From contig JADKIX010000003.1 in assembly GCA_016722635.1 (NCBI GenBank), positions 155,543-219,542 on the forward strand: a DNA stretch of 64,000 nucleotides, written 5' to 3'. This stretch comes from Rhodospirillaceae bacterium. Lineage in GTDB: Bacteria > Pseudomonadota > Alphaproteobacteria > JAEUKQ01. The number at the start of each line of letters is the position of its first letter. Position 1 is the stretch's first letter. Positions 1 to 9,649 of the stretch are shown here, in pieces. The position numbers were made by a program, and so were the translations under genes. The notes below the pieces were generated by a model that was not told where the DNA came from, searched no databases, and was given only the letters and a program-made list of their open reading frames with translations.

Positions 1-58
1 GGGTAGATTTGCCTGATCCTTCTCCCCCTTCTAAAGTAATAAAAACACCAGTTGCCAT
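1..58 (-). CDS. tmk: thymidylate kinase, N-terminal 19 codons only (gene continues beyond window start)
   Basis: Reverse-strand ATG at 58 gives MATGVFITLEGGEGSGKST, a P-loop typical of Tmk N-termini; truncated by window edge. Confidence 0.4.
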   Translation of the reverse strand, partial: MATGVFITLEGGEGSGKST

Positions 59-105
59 TTTTAACTCATGATATAAATATTAAAATGTGTTGTTTTAATG
101 GAATA

Positions 106-1278
106 TTAGCGTTGCCTTTCCAAAATACTGACGTAATTGGCCACAGCAGACCCCCCCATATTATATATTCCCCCGATTTTGGGATTTCCTGCTAATTGCA
201 TTTCCCCCGCTTGGCCAACCAATTGCATCGAGGTAAGAACATGCATGGAAACCCCAGTTGCACCGATCGGGTGCCCTTTCGCTTTAAGACCGCCGGAAAG
301 ATTAATGGGTAATTTCCCATCCCGGTAAACCCAGCCTTCTTCAATCGCCTTCTTCCCCTCCCCTATTTTTGTCAAGCCCATCGCTTCATATTCGATTAAT
401 TCGGCGATGGTAAAACAATCATGGGTTTCAACTAAATTAATATCCTTTAAGGATAATTTAGACATAGCGAAGGCTTTTTGCCATGCCAATTTAGCTCCTT
501 CAAATTGTAAAATATCGCGTTTCGCCATAGGCAGGAAATCATTGACCTGCACAGCTGCCCGAAATCGGACTGCCTTATTCATAGACTGGGCTGTTTCAGG
601 ATCAGTTAAAATTAAAGCGGTCGCCCCATCTGATACCAAACTGCAATCGGTTCTTTTTAGGGGAAATGCCACCATCGGATTTTTATCAGAAAGCGTGCGG
701 CAGAATTCAAACCCTAAATCTTTGCGTAATTGGGCGTAAGGATTTTTCATGCCGTTCAAATGGTTTTTAGCTGCAATTTTTGCTAGAATATCCGTTTGAT
801 CACCATATTTTTGAAAATATTGCTTGGCAATGCTTGCAAATATGCCTGCAAATCCCCCTTCCGTAACAGCTTCTTGTTTTACATAGCTTGCCGCCAGCAA
901 CCCCTCCCCAATTTTATCGTTAGGCTGATCAGTCATTTTCTCAACACCAACGACTAAAACAAATCGGGCGGTTTTGGCATTGATGGACTTTAGTCCACTA
1001 AAAATCGCCGCACTACCTGAGGCACAAGCATTTTCGGTCCGTGTGAAAGGCTTAAAACGCAAAGCAGGTACTGTCTGCATAACAAGGGACGAGACAAAGT
1101 CTTGTTTAGAGAATCCGGGGTTGTAAAGCCCTATAAATCCCTCATCAATATCTTTTGCTTCAATGCCTGCATCCGCAATGGCCTGTGGAACAACCTTCGC
1201 CATTAAAGTTTCCAAACTATCTTCAGGATAGCGGCCAAACGGAAGATGCTTCCACCCGATAATACTACCTTGCAGCAT
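106..1278 (-). CDS. thiolase-family acetyl-CoA acyltransferase
   Basis: 390 aa ORF; thiolase-like motifs (NACASG active-site Cys region, C-terminal GHPIGATG, MGGS). Confidence 0.75.
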   Translation of the reverse strand: MLQGSIIGWKHLPFGRYPEDSLETLMAKVVPQAIADAGIEAKDIDEGFIGLYNPGFSKQDFVSSLVMQTVPALRFKPFTRTENACASGSAAIFSGLKSINAKTARFVLVVGVEKMTDQPNDKIGEGLLAASYVKQEAVTEGGFAGIFASIAKQYFQKYGDQTDILAKIAAKNHLNGMKNPYAQLRKDLGFEFCRTLSDKNPMVAFPLKRTDCSLVSDGATALILTDPETAQSMNKAVRFRAAVQVNDFLPMAKRDILQFEGAKLAWQKAFAMSKLSLKDINLVETHDCFTIAELIEYEAMGLTKIGEGKKAIEEGWVYRDGKLPINLSGGLKAKGHPIGATGVSMHVLTSMQLVGQAGEMQLAGNPKIGGIYNMGGSAVANYVSILERQR

Positions 1279-1298
1279 GTTTAACCTCGCTTAAAAAA

Positions 1299-2627
1299 TT
1301 ACAAAAAAGTAAGCGCTTTACCAGCTGGATTGCCAATTAATTCGCCATTTTGCACCACAATATTCCCCCCCACAATGGTCGTGTCTGGATAACCTTTCAA
1401 ATTCATCCCCTCAAAAGGAGACCACCCACATTTACTGGCCAACCATTTCTTATCAATTTTCCATTTTTTCTTTAAATCAACCAATACCAAATCAGCATCA
1501 TAACCCTTAGCGATTAAGCCTTTATTGTGAATACCAAATATTCGGGCAGAATTGCTGCTGGTCAATTGAACCAATTTTTCGAGTGATAACCGACCCAAAT
1601 TATAGTGGTTAAGCATCAAAGGCAATAATGTTTGGACGCCTGGCATGCCCGACGGGCTTTCCGCATAGGGACGTTTTTTTTCCTCCAAACTATGGGGGGC
1701 ATGATCGGAGCCTATCATATCGACTGTACCATCCTTTATTCCCTGCCATAACCCTTGTTGATGAATTTCATCCCGAATAGGTGGATTCATACGGGCGTAA
1801 TTTCCCAATTGCTCATAACAATCAGGTGCAACCAATGTTAAATGTTGGGGGGTAACCTCAACCGTTGCCAGATTACGGTAATTTCCTAAAATGGCTATTT
1901 CATCTTTGGTTGTAACATGCAAAATATGGACAGCTTTGTTCAGTTCTTTCGCAAAACTTAAAATCTTGCTCGTGGCTATAGTAGCTGTTAAAACATCACG
2001 CCAAATAGGGTGAGTTATTGCCGTCGAATCTTTGGTAACCAAGTATTTTCTTTCCTGCAAGCGCACTTCATCTTCCGCATGAAAGGCGACCCTTTTTTTA
2101 GTTACCCTTAAAATTTCTTTGATCAATTTGTCTTCAGAAACCAATAAATTTCCGGTTGAACTGCCAATAAATACCTTAATACCACAGCATCCAGGGACTT
2201 GTTCAAGCTCTGGTAATATATGTATATTATCAACTGTTGCACCACCATAAAAAGCAAAATTGGCCCAACTTTTTTTTGCCGCCCGGGACAATTTATCTTG
2301 AAGGTTAGTTATAGAAACGGTTGAAGGATTGGTGTTAGGCATTTCAAAATAACTGGTAACACCCCCTAAAACTGCTGCCGCGCTGCCTGTCGATAAATCT
2401 TCTTTATATTCATATCCCGGTTCCCGAAAATGCACTTGTGTGTCAATGATGCCAGGAATGATATGCAATCCTTTAGCATTCAAAAATGCAAAAGATTTAG
2501 CTGATGATAGATCGCCAATTTCGACTATTTTTCCATCTTTTATACCAATATCAACTTCAGCAATGCTAGCAACGACAAGCATTTTGGCTTGCCTAATAAC
2601 AAGATCATAACCGCTCTTTATCGCCAT
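1299..2627 (-). CDS. pyrC: dihydroorotase-like cyclic amidohydrolase
   Basis: 442 aa; DTQVHFREPG metal-binding motif and overall amidohydrolase layout typical of class I dihydroorotase/allantoinase family. Confidence 0.6.
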   Translation of the reverse strand: MAIKSGYDLVIRQAKMLVVASIAEVDIGIKDGKIVEIGDLSSAKSFAFLNAKGLHIIPGIIDTQVHFREPGYEYKEDLSTGSAAAVLGGVTSYFEMPNTNPSTVSITNLQDKLSRAAKKSWANFAFYGGATVDNIHILPELEQVPGCCGIKVFIGSSTGNLLVSEDKLIKEILRVTKKRVAFHAEDEVRLQERKYLVTKDSTAITHPIWRDVLTATIATSKILSFAKELNKAVHILHVTTKDEIAILGNYRNLATVEVTPQHLTLVAPDCYEQLGNYARMNPPIRDEIHQQGLWQGIKDGTVDMIGSDHAPHSLEEKKRPYAESPSGMPGVQTLLPLMLNHYNLGRLSLEKLVQLTSSNSARIFGIHNKGLIAKGYDADLVLVDLKKKWKIDKKWLASKCGWSPFEGMNLKGYPDTTIVGGNIVVQNGELIGNPAGKALTFL

Positions 2628-2852
2628 AAATCACCTGATGGATACGTTTTCAGCTAAATTTAACCCATTGTAGCACAATCATAATCAATTAAATTTTTCT
2701 TTGCATGAAATAAATTTCTGAACCTAAAATAAAAAACACCTGGTAGTAAAATTAAGAATCATTCATGTTTTTTAGCTGATTATTTAAGGCTCTATTTTGG
2801 CTTTTTATGCTTACTTCGGGCCCTTTAATAAAGCAGTTTAAATACACTGTTA

Positions 2853-3866
2853 TTGGGAGTATCAGAAATGTTAAAAAGATTGTTAATTGTTGCTACCACA
2901 TCTATCGTTGCATCTTCTTATGCCTTTGGACAAACGACAAAAACAACCACTACTGTAACAACCACTTCACAAACATCTGAAAATAATAGCTCAACCCAGG
3001 CTCAACCTCGTTTTATATTTTCTTTAGAGGGTATTTATACCATGACCCGTACAAATGAAATTGAGTATGGTCGTGTTGGGTTGTTTAATCCCCAGTCACG
3101 TAATATTTCTTTGGATAAAGGCTGGGAGATTAGAGGTACGGCCAGTTTCCGTCTTGATAATAATATTGAAATAGGACTTGGTTTGGGTTGGTCAAGACTA
3201 AATCCGGTTAAAGATAGTGGGCCAGGTGGATTCCTCGCTAGCGTCAATTTAGATCCTGATGTAACAATACCCGCAATTTTTTCAACCGGGACTCAGGCTA
3301 AATTAAAAGAAAGCCATTACGTGGTTGATGCCCAATTAGCATTTCCACTTGCTTTTAACTCTTTTAAGTTGAAAATTTTTGGTGGTATTCGGTATGCAAA
3401 TTTTGATGAAAAAATTAACGCCTCAGCCACTGCGTTATTTGGGTTGGTCAATATTGCCCAACAAAGAAAACAAGATTCCTGGGGAATTGGTCCACGCGTA
3501 GGGGTAGCTTTTGAGATGCCCATTTCATCGGGTGGTTTGAGTCTTGTGGGTGACTTTGGTGCCGCCGCTTTGTTTGGCAATCATAAAACCAAAACCAACA
3601 CAACCCTAAGTTTGTTAGGATTTCCGATCATCAATAGATCAGTTGCACAAAAAGACAATAGAACAGTTTATTCTTTGGAAGGTAATCTTGGTTTAGCATA
3701 CAATTTCGGTCAGTCTGGAATACAGATTGCTTTAGGGTACCATTTTGAAAGTTGGGTTAATGTTGATAATACCCAGACACGTCGTGTGGGTGGTTCGTTA
3801 GTTGGTGAAAAACAAAGCGATCGGCTACAGCATGGCCCATTTCTAAAAGTATCTTTTGGATTCTAA
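2853..3866 (+). CDS. outer-membrane beta-barrel (porin-like) protein with Thr-rich N-terminal linker
   Basis: Signal peptide (likely true start near 2868, MLKRLLIVATTSIVASSYA), alternating amphipathic beta-strand pattern, C-terminal aromatic F; followed by rho-independent terminator. Confidence 0.6.
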   Translation: MGVSEMLKRLLIVATTSIVASSYAFGQTTKTTTTVTTTSQTSENNSSTQAQPRFIFSLEGIYTMTRTNEIEYGRVGLFNPQSRNISLDKGWEIRGTASFRLDNNIEIGLGLGWSRLNPVKDSGPGGFLASVNLDPDVTIPAIFSTGTQAKLKESHYVVDAQLAFPLAFNSFKLKIFGGIRYANFDEKINASATALFGLVNIAQQRKQDSWGIGPRVGVAFEMPISSGGLSLVGDFGAAALFGNHKTKTNTTLSLLGFPIINRSVAQKDNRTVYSLEGNLGLAYNFGQSGIQIALGYHFESWVNVDNTQTRRVGGSLVGEKQSDRLQHGPFLKVSFGF

Positions 3867-3887
3867 ACCGAACCTAGAACGTTGAAA

Positions 3888-3930
3888 ATAAACTCTTCTT
3901 GTTAAAAACAGGAGGAGTTTATTTTTTTTA
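3888..3930 (+). terminator. rho-independent terminator after OMP gene
   Basis: Imperfect inverted repeat aaactcttc...gaggagttt followed by T8 run. Confidence 0.55.
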
Positions 3931-4012
3931 ATTCGAAACCTATTTTAAATTTTGATATACAACCTAAATATTAGATTGGTTCGTTAATGAATTTTTATGA
4001 TCAAAAATACTT

Positions 4013-4906
4013 GTGGAAAGAACAAATGTGCGCGCTTTAATTAAAATTGAAGGCTTAAATAGGAAAGAATTCCTCAACCGATTAGTTACCAACGATGTTA
4101 TGCGCGTTTCAACGAACCATACGGTATATTCTGCCTTACTCAATCCTCAAGGAAAATATTTACACGATTTTTTTATCATAGAAATACTTGAATATTTGTT
4201 AATTGATATTGCCGCCGATGAAAAAGAGGAGTTTATGAAGCGGTTAAGATTGTATCAATTAAAAAGCAATATTGAAATCACTGACGTCAGTCAAAATTGG
4301 AAAATACAATATTTAAAACTTAAGTACTTTCCAGACCTTCTTCCTCAGTTTGCAGAAAATGCTCTTGAAAGAGGAGATACTTTCTATGATGCCTCATACG
4401 GATGGTTTATTGTTGACCCTAGGCATCAAGAGCTTGGGTTGCGCTGGTTATCTAATGGGCAACTAACACAAAATGTTCCTGTTGATTATTTCTTTACACA
4501 TGAAGAGCAAGAAAAAAACAGGATGTCACTTTCTATCCCCAAGGGGCGGTTAGATTTAATAGCTGATAAATCGTTTCCTTTAGAGAATAATTTTGATGAA
4601 ATAGGTGCTATCAGTTGGAAAAAAGGCTGTTATGTAGGGCAAGAAGTAACCGCACGAATGAAATATCGGCTGATGCCCAAAAAGAAGTTGTTCCCTGTTT
4701 GGCTTGAACATCCAATTATATCGGAACGTCAAAAAATTATGACAAATGACCAACAGGAAGTTGGAGAAATTTGCTCAACCCATCTTACCTGTGGTTTGGC
4801 CTTATGCCGTTTAGAATATATAGTCAATACTTCACAATCCCATTCACCATCTTTCTTTGTTTTATTCCAAAACAAGCAAGTTAAGATAAAAATCCTTCAA
4901 TCATAA
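4013..4906 (+). CDS. ygfZ: YgfZ/CAF17-family folate-binding Fe-S cluster repair protein
   Basis: Hallmark KGCYVGQE motif near C-terminal third; aminomethyltransferase-like fold family; start codon uncertain. Confidence 0.6.
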   Translation: MERTNVRALIKIEGLNRKEFLNRLVTNDVMRVSTNHTVYSALLNPQGKYLHDFFIIEILEYLLIDIAADEKEEFMKRLRLYQLKSNIEITDVSQNWKIQYLKLKYFPDLLPQFAENALERGDTFYDASYGWFIVDPRHQELGLRWLSNGQLTQNVPVDYFFTHEEQEKNRMSLSIPKGRLDLIADKSFPLENNFDEIGAISWKKGCYVGQEVTARMKYRLMPKKKLFPVWLEHPIISERQKIMTNDQQEVGEICSTHLTCGLALCRLEYIVNTSQSHSPSFFVLFQNKQVKIKILQS

Positions 4907-5002
4907 AAATATTTACCATTATTATGGGTCACTACACTTGAAAACAAGTGATTGCCTGCTTATTAGTTACTGTGGCAATAGCATTAATGTAAGGAAAAGA
5001 AA

Positions 5003-5992
5003 ATGCTTGTGGAATTTTTAGATCAATTATTGTGGGGATCTTTTCTTGGCAAAGAAGGTTGGTTCTGGCTTATATTTTTCAGCCTGGTTACTTTTTTATT
5101 GATTCTTGATTTAGGTGTTTTTCATAAAAAAGATCATGAGATTTCTGTCAAGGAAAGCTTGTATACGAGCTTAGGATACATTGTCATTGCCCTGTTATTT
5201 GGAGCGTGGATTTGGTATTCGTTGGGGGATGAGGCAGGGAAAAACTATCTGACAGGATTTTTGGTTGAAAAAACTTTAGCCATAGATAACATTTTTGTTA
5301 TTTCGCTTATTTTCAGCTTCTTTGCTATTCCAAGGATTTATCAGCACCGAGTGCTTTTCTGGGGAATTATTGGAGTTATTGTTTTACGTGGCATTATGAT
5401 TGGGTTAGGATCCACTCTTGTGCAACAATATCACTGGGTTTTATATGTTTTTGGCGTGTTTTTATTGTTAACCGGCGTAAAAATGCTTTTGTTCATAAAC
5501 CATGAACCCCAATTAGAAAAGAACATTCTTATTAAATTGTTGCGCCGTCTGCTGCCGGTGACCAAAGAGCTCAGGGGAAATAGTTTTTTCTCAAGGGAAG
5601 CTACCCATGAAAACCCAGGAAAGAAACGTTTATTTGTTACGCCGCTATTCCTGGCTTTAATAATGGTTGAAATTATTGATTTAATTTTTGCGGTTGATAG
5701 TATTCCGGCAATTTTTGCTATTACCCAAGATACCTACATTGTCTACACAAGCAATATTTTTGCGGTTCTTGGTTTAAGGGCATTGTATTTTGCACTTGCA
5801 GCTATCATCCACAAATTTCATTACCTAAAATACGCTTTGGCCATGATTCTGATATTTATTGGTAGTAAGATTTTTGTCGCAGATTTGTTTGATGGTAAAT
5901 TTCCCGCTGAACTTTCTTTGGCTGTGACGCTTATATTACTGATTGGCGGGATTTTATATTCAATATTCAAAACAAGGCCTTCAAAGCTATGA
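5003..5992 (+). CDS. TerC-family integral membrane protein
   Basis: 329 aa, multiple TM helices, TerC/Alx family conserved segments. Confidence 0.7.
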   Translation: MLVEFLDQLLWGSFLGKEGWFWLIFFSLVTFLLILDLGVFHKKDHEISVKESLYTSLGYIVIALLFGAWIWYSLGDEAGKNYLTGFLVEKTLAIDNIFVISLIFSFFAIPRIYQHRVLFWGIIGVIVLRGIMIGLGSTLVQQYHWVLYVFGVFLLLTGVKMLLFINHEPQLEKNILIKLLRRLLPVTKELRGNSFFSREATHENPGKKRLFVTPLFLALIMVEIIDLIFAVDSIPAIFAITQDTYIVYTSNIFAVLGLRALYFALAAIIHKFHYLKYALAMILIFIGSKIFVADLFDGKFPAELSLAVTLILLIGGILYSIFKTRPSKL

Positions 5993-6049
5993 CAAAAACA
6001 TTGTCAACAGTTATTGTCCAATAATTCCTTGTGCGATTCAGGCTGAGCA

Positions 6050-6453
6050 TTTTTATCAGCTAAATTGCCCGTGGCGGTTTTTCCATCTCTATCGCTACTG
6101 TTTTCATTCCTTAAGGCAATTCCTTGTTGCTCGAAATACTCGCCATTCGTATTCATTAAAGCGTTTACAAACGCTACTGGCCGTTCAAGGCCTGTGTTTT
6201 GATCGCGAATACGAAAAATGTGTAAGTATTTGCATTGGTTTCCGCAATCATATATCGCCGCTAGATAGGATGCTCAAATGGTATTTCAATATTTGATATT
6301 GCTGGAATGCTTGGTCAAAGCGTTATGAGAATAACGGAACGATATGCAAAACATAAGCCAGATCATTTAAGAGATGCTGCATGGGGAATTTTAAGAAAAA
6401 GTGCGCCAAATGTACGCCAGTTGACTAAAACAACAAATGATAAAAAGTCTTAA
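6050..6453 (+). pseudogene. remnant of tyrosine recombinase (phage-type integrase) C-terminus, multiply frameshifted
   Basis: Frame at 6265..6453 encodes ...DIAGMLGQSVMRITERYAKHKPDHLRDAA (integrase C-terminal box with catalytic Tyr in ERY); upstream in another frame FHSLRQF resembles the HxLRHT box; lies next to 3' end of tRNA-Val. Confidence 0.5.
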
Positions 6454-6468
6454 AATCAGCCTTGTAAA

Positions 6469-6543
6469 TGGTGGGCGCGACTGGGATCGAACCAGTGACC
6501 CCTACGATGTCAACGTAGTGCTCTCCCGCTGAGCTACGCACCC
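6469..6543 (-). tRNA. tRNA-Val (anticodon GAC)
   Basis: Cloverleaf: GGGTGCG acceptor stem pairing with CGCGCCC, GCTCAGCGGGAGAGC D-arm, anticodon loop TTGACAT, GGTTCGATCC T-arm, CCA end encoded. Confidence 0.85.
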
Positions 6544-6685
6544 ACTTTACCTAAAGACAAATATAGAATTAGGCTAGGAGAAAATATAAGCCTGTTAAAA
6601 TTAGTCAAGTTCCTTTTTCAGATAAAAGTTTTTTTAAAGATTTACCCTAATATTAATAAGATAAAATTGTGCCCAAATCCTGTTT

Positions 6686-8028
6686 TTATTCTTTATCAAT
6701 AAGATGGATGAAAGATCCAATTGTTTTTTTGCGTTGTAATCCCGCTAAGCCTAATTGACCTGCCTGATTATCCAAGACACTATATAAATGCTGGTCTGAA
6801 GAGACATTAATTGAACTTGCATAATGAAATTCATGTCCCCTGTAACAACTGCCAGCCGGGCCCAATATAGTCTTTTGAAGTGTTTGAACCTGCCTATAAC
6901 CTAACACCAATTTTTTATGTTGCATTGAAGTCGTTAAATCAAATAGACCCGCCATCGGCCATAAATTTCCACTTTCGTCCTCAATATTTTGCCCCATAAC
7001 CATAAAACCACCACATTCCCCATAAATAACCGTTGATGAATCGTCTGAAAAAATTTTTAAGGCATTTAAAAATCCACGATTTTGAGAAATTTCCCTCAGA
7101 TAAAGTTCAGGATAACCGCCAGGTAAATAAACGGCATCAACATGAGAAGGCGGTTGTTGGTGGGCCAAAGGGGAAAATAAAAATATTTCTGCCCCTGCTA
7201 ATCTCCAAGCCTCAAGAAGAACTGGGTACACAAAACTAAAGGCCTCATCAAATGCAACCGCAATACGTTGCCCAAGGACAGGCAAAGAAACTTCAGGAAA
7301 AGGCAAAGGTTGTAGGGAGGGATTCTTTATCGAACTGTTTTTTCAATTATATTAATCAACCGATCAATATCTATATAATGTGCAACCAAATTGCTGATCA
7401 GCTCAAATTTTTCTTGAAAGTGCTGTATGTCAATAGGCTGATGCAACCCTAGATGTCGATGGTACAGTACTAAATCATTTAATCTTGGTAAATATCCTAA
7501 AATTGGCACCTCTATTTCTTGCAAGCTTTTAGATAAAATTTCTTCGTGACGCTTACTGCCCACCTGATTAAGTATAATTCCTGCTACCTTAAATTGCTTT
7601 TGAAAATTTAAAACCCCTTGGATTATGGGGAGAATGGTTTCTGCTAATCGGTGGCAATTCACAATTAAAATAATAGGAAGGTTCATTAAGGTTGCAATAT
7701 CAACCGTGCAAAAACCAACGCTTTGACTGCCATCAAATAATCCCATCACCCCTTCCCCCACCACCCAATCATTATGATCCAGCAAATATTCTACGGTTGC
7801 ATGAACCCTTGTTTGGGGCATCGCCCATAAATCAATATTAAAACAAATATTTTGGGTGATTTTTTGATGAAACATTGGATCAATATAGTCAGGCCCTACT
7901 TTAAAACTGCCGATTTTATATCCTTTTTTTTGTAATAAATTTATTAAAGCGGCGGTAATAACTGTTTTGCCCGAATCCGAACTCAGGGCACTGACAATAA
8001 ATCCTTTGTTAAAAAAATGTGGGTTCAT
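6686..8028 (-). pseudogene. cobB: cobyrinate a,c-diamide synthase (CobB/CbiA) split into N-terminal ATPase (7327..8028) and C-terminal glutamine amidotransferase (6686..7306) ORFs by a frameshift in a T6 tract (7338..7343)
   Basis: Two adjacent ORFs in different frames together equal full-length CobB (233+206 aa). A 1-nt insertion in the A6/T6 run restores a continuous reading frame. May be a sequencing artefact. Confidence 0.6.
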
Positions 8029-8050
8029 AATAATATCCCAAATGAAAAAA

Positions 8051-8851
8051 TTACGTTAATAAGTAATGGGATAGTTCTGTGTAATATTGGACAACTGGCC
8101 CCAAAATAATAATCGCGGGTGGGATAAGGGTTAACATATGTGCAGAACAATCATTTAAAAAATCTTCAATATTAATAACTAGAATCTTTTGATTATGGTT
8201 TGAAGCATGCCCGATAATGGCAATGGGATGATGCTTGCTATATCCACTTTGAATAAGGCAATGAAGGATGGCAGGTAAATTCTGCAACCCCATGTAAATA
8301 ACCATCACGGGGGGGGCAAGGCCAGTGGCAAAATTTTTTAATAACCCCTCTAATTCTTTAGATAAGATATGGCCGGTGACAAACGTTACGGACGAATTTT
8401 CTTCCCTAATAGTTAATGGAATAGGCATTGCAGCTGCGGCGGCAAGGGCTGCTGTAACCCCGGGTATAATATAAAAATGGATTTTTGCTTTTGCGAGCGT
8501 CAGTAATTCTTCACCCCCTCTTGCAAAAATGAGTGGATCTCCACCTTTTAAACGCAGTACTTTATTGCCTTGTTTTGCCCAATCAATTAATTTTTGTGAG
8601 ATATCCGATTGATTAGCGGAAGGTTTCCCCCCTCTTTTCCCAGCAAAATGTAATTTAGCTTTTGAAGGGGCCAGTTTTAAAATTTCTTCCGAAACCAAAG
8701 CATCATACACGATAATATCAGCTTCTTGTATGGCTTTATAGGCAGCAATAGTTAAAAGCGAAGGATCGCCAGGGCCCGCACCCACCAACCACACATTTCC
8801 AGCTTTAAAAATTGGCTTAAAAGGTACGTTTGAGAAAGTTTTTTCTACCAT
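8051..8851 (-). CDS. cobA: uroporphyrinogen-III C-methyltransferase (SUMT)
   Basis: 266 aa; VWLVGAGPGDP and tetrapyrrole methylase motifs. Confidence 0.75.
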   Translation of the reverse strand: MVEKTFSNVPFKPIFKAGNVWLVGAGPGDPSLLTIAAYKAIQEADIIVYDALVSEEILKLAPSKAKLHFAGKRGGKPSANQSDISQKLIDWAKQGNKVLRLKGGDPLIFARGGEELLTLAKAKIHFYIIPGVTAALAAAAAMPIPLTIREENSSVTFVTGHILSKELEGLLKNFATGLAPPVMVIYMGLQNLPAILHCLIQSGYSKHHPIAIIGHASNHNQKILVINIEDFLNDCSAHMLTLIPPAIIILGPVVQYYTELSHYLLT

Positions 8852-9057
8852 TGCTCTTTGATCATTATTTATAAATTGATTTTAATTATTTTTATAACTT
8901 ATATCCCATGAAATCATAACAACTTAATAAGAATTTTTTTTATTGTTTGTTTATATTAAATTTTGTGTTACTGATTCGTCGGATGCTGATGATAGTTCGT
9001 TTAAGTTTAATTGCTTAGTAAAATCGTACTAGTGAATTAAAAATTAAGGGTGGTAAA

Positions 9058-9315
9058 ATGAAGAAGAATTTTGCACTCGTAGCTTCGGCTTTTGCTGCGG
9101 CTTTGATAGTGAATAGTGTAACCCCGGTTATGGCGGAAGAAACTGCTCAGGAAAAATGTTATGGCATTGCCAAAAAAGGCAAAAATGATTGCCAAACAGC
9201 CAAATCTTCCTGCGCTGGCACTTCTACCCGTGATAGTCAAGGTGATGCTTGGATATATGTGCCAAAAGGAACATGCGAAAAAATAGTCGGCGGTAGTTTA
9301 ACTTTAAAGAAATAA
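9058..9315 (+). CDS. bufA: DUF2282 bufferin-type RiPP precursor peptide (Sec signal peptide, 4-Cys core)
   Basis: 85 aa; signal peptide ending VMA/EE; core [29 protein letters not shown] with conserved Cys spacing; strong SD AAGGGTGG; directly upstream of DUF692/DUF2063 genes. Confidence 0.75.
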   Translation: MKKNFALVASAFAAALIVNSVTPVMAEETAQEKCYGIAKKGKNDCQTAKSSCAGTSTRDSQGDAWIYVPKGTCEKIVGGSLTLKK

Positions 9316-9362
9316 TTGTTTTTCTAATTTCAATTAATCTAACTTAGATCTCAACAATAAGG

Positions 9363-9611
9363 ATGATAAAAATGAATAAATTATTAATTGCTTCTGCTAT
9401 CAGTGCTGCTTTTGCTTTAAGTGCCTGTACAACGACAGATAATAAAGCACATATGGAAAAGTGCATGGGCATTGCCAAAAAAGGCATGAATGACTGCAAA
9501 ACTGCTCTGCACGCATGTGCTGGCAAATCAACTGCTGACAAACAAGCCACTGATTGGATTTGGTTGCCAGAAGGCACTTGTGCTAAAACGGGTGGTAAAT
9601 TAAATAGGTAG
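9363..9611 (+). CDS. bufA: second DUF2282 bufferin-type precursor paralogue with lipoprotein signal (LSAC lipobox)
   Basis: 82 aa; lipobox L-S-A-C then TTT; core EKCMGIAKKGMNDCKTA..ACAGKST..GTCAK matching paralogue 1 residue-for-residue at the Cys motifs; SD AAGGA 8 nt upstream. Confidence 0.75.
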   Translation: MIKMNKLLIASAISAAFALSACTTTDNKAHMEKCMGIAKKGMNDCKTALHACAGKSTADKQATDWIWLPEGTCAKTGGKLNR

Positions 9612-9649
9612 TTTCAACTTAATTTTTAGTTGAATATGGAGGGAGATAT

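Noticed and set aside
4907-5002. Possible yybP-ykoY Mn riboswitch upstream of TerC-family gene
   Set aside because: Spacer is under 100 nt and lacks the conserved GGAGAGUAG-type core; cannot support the call
5943-6296. 117-aa + strand ORF as a real gene
   Set aside because: It is the out-of-frame, degraded upstream portion of the integrase remnant; no coherent domain in this frame
8852-9057. Possible cobalamin riboswitch upstream of cobA
   Set aside because: No B12-box (GCCACTG or complement) or GC-rich paired core visible; region is almost uniformly AT-rich
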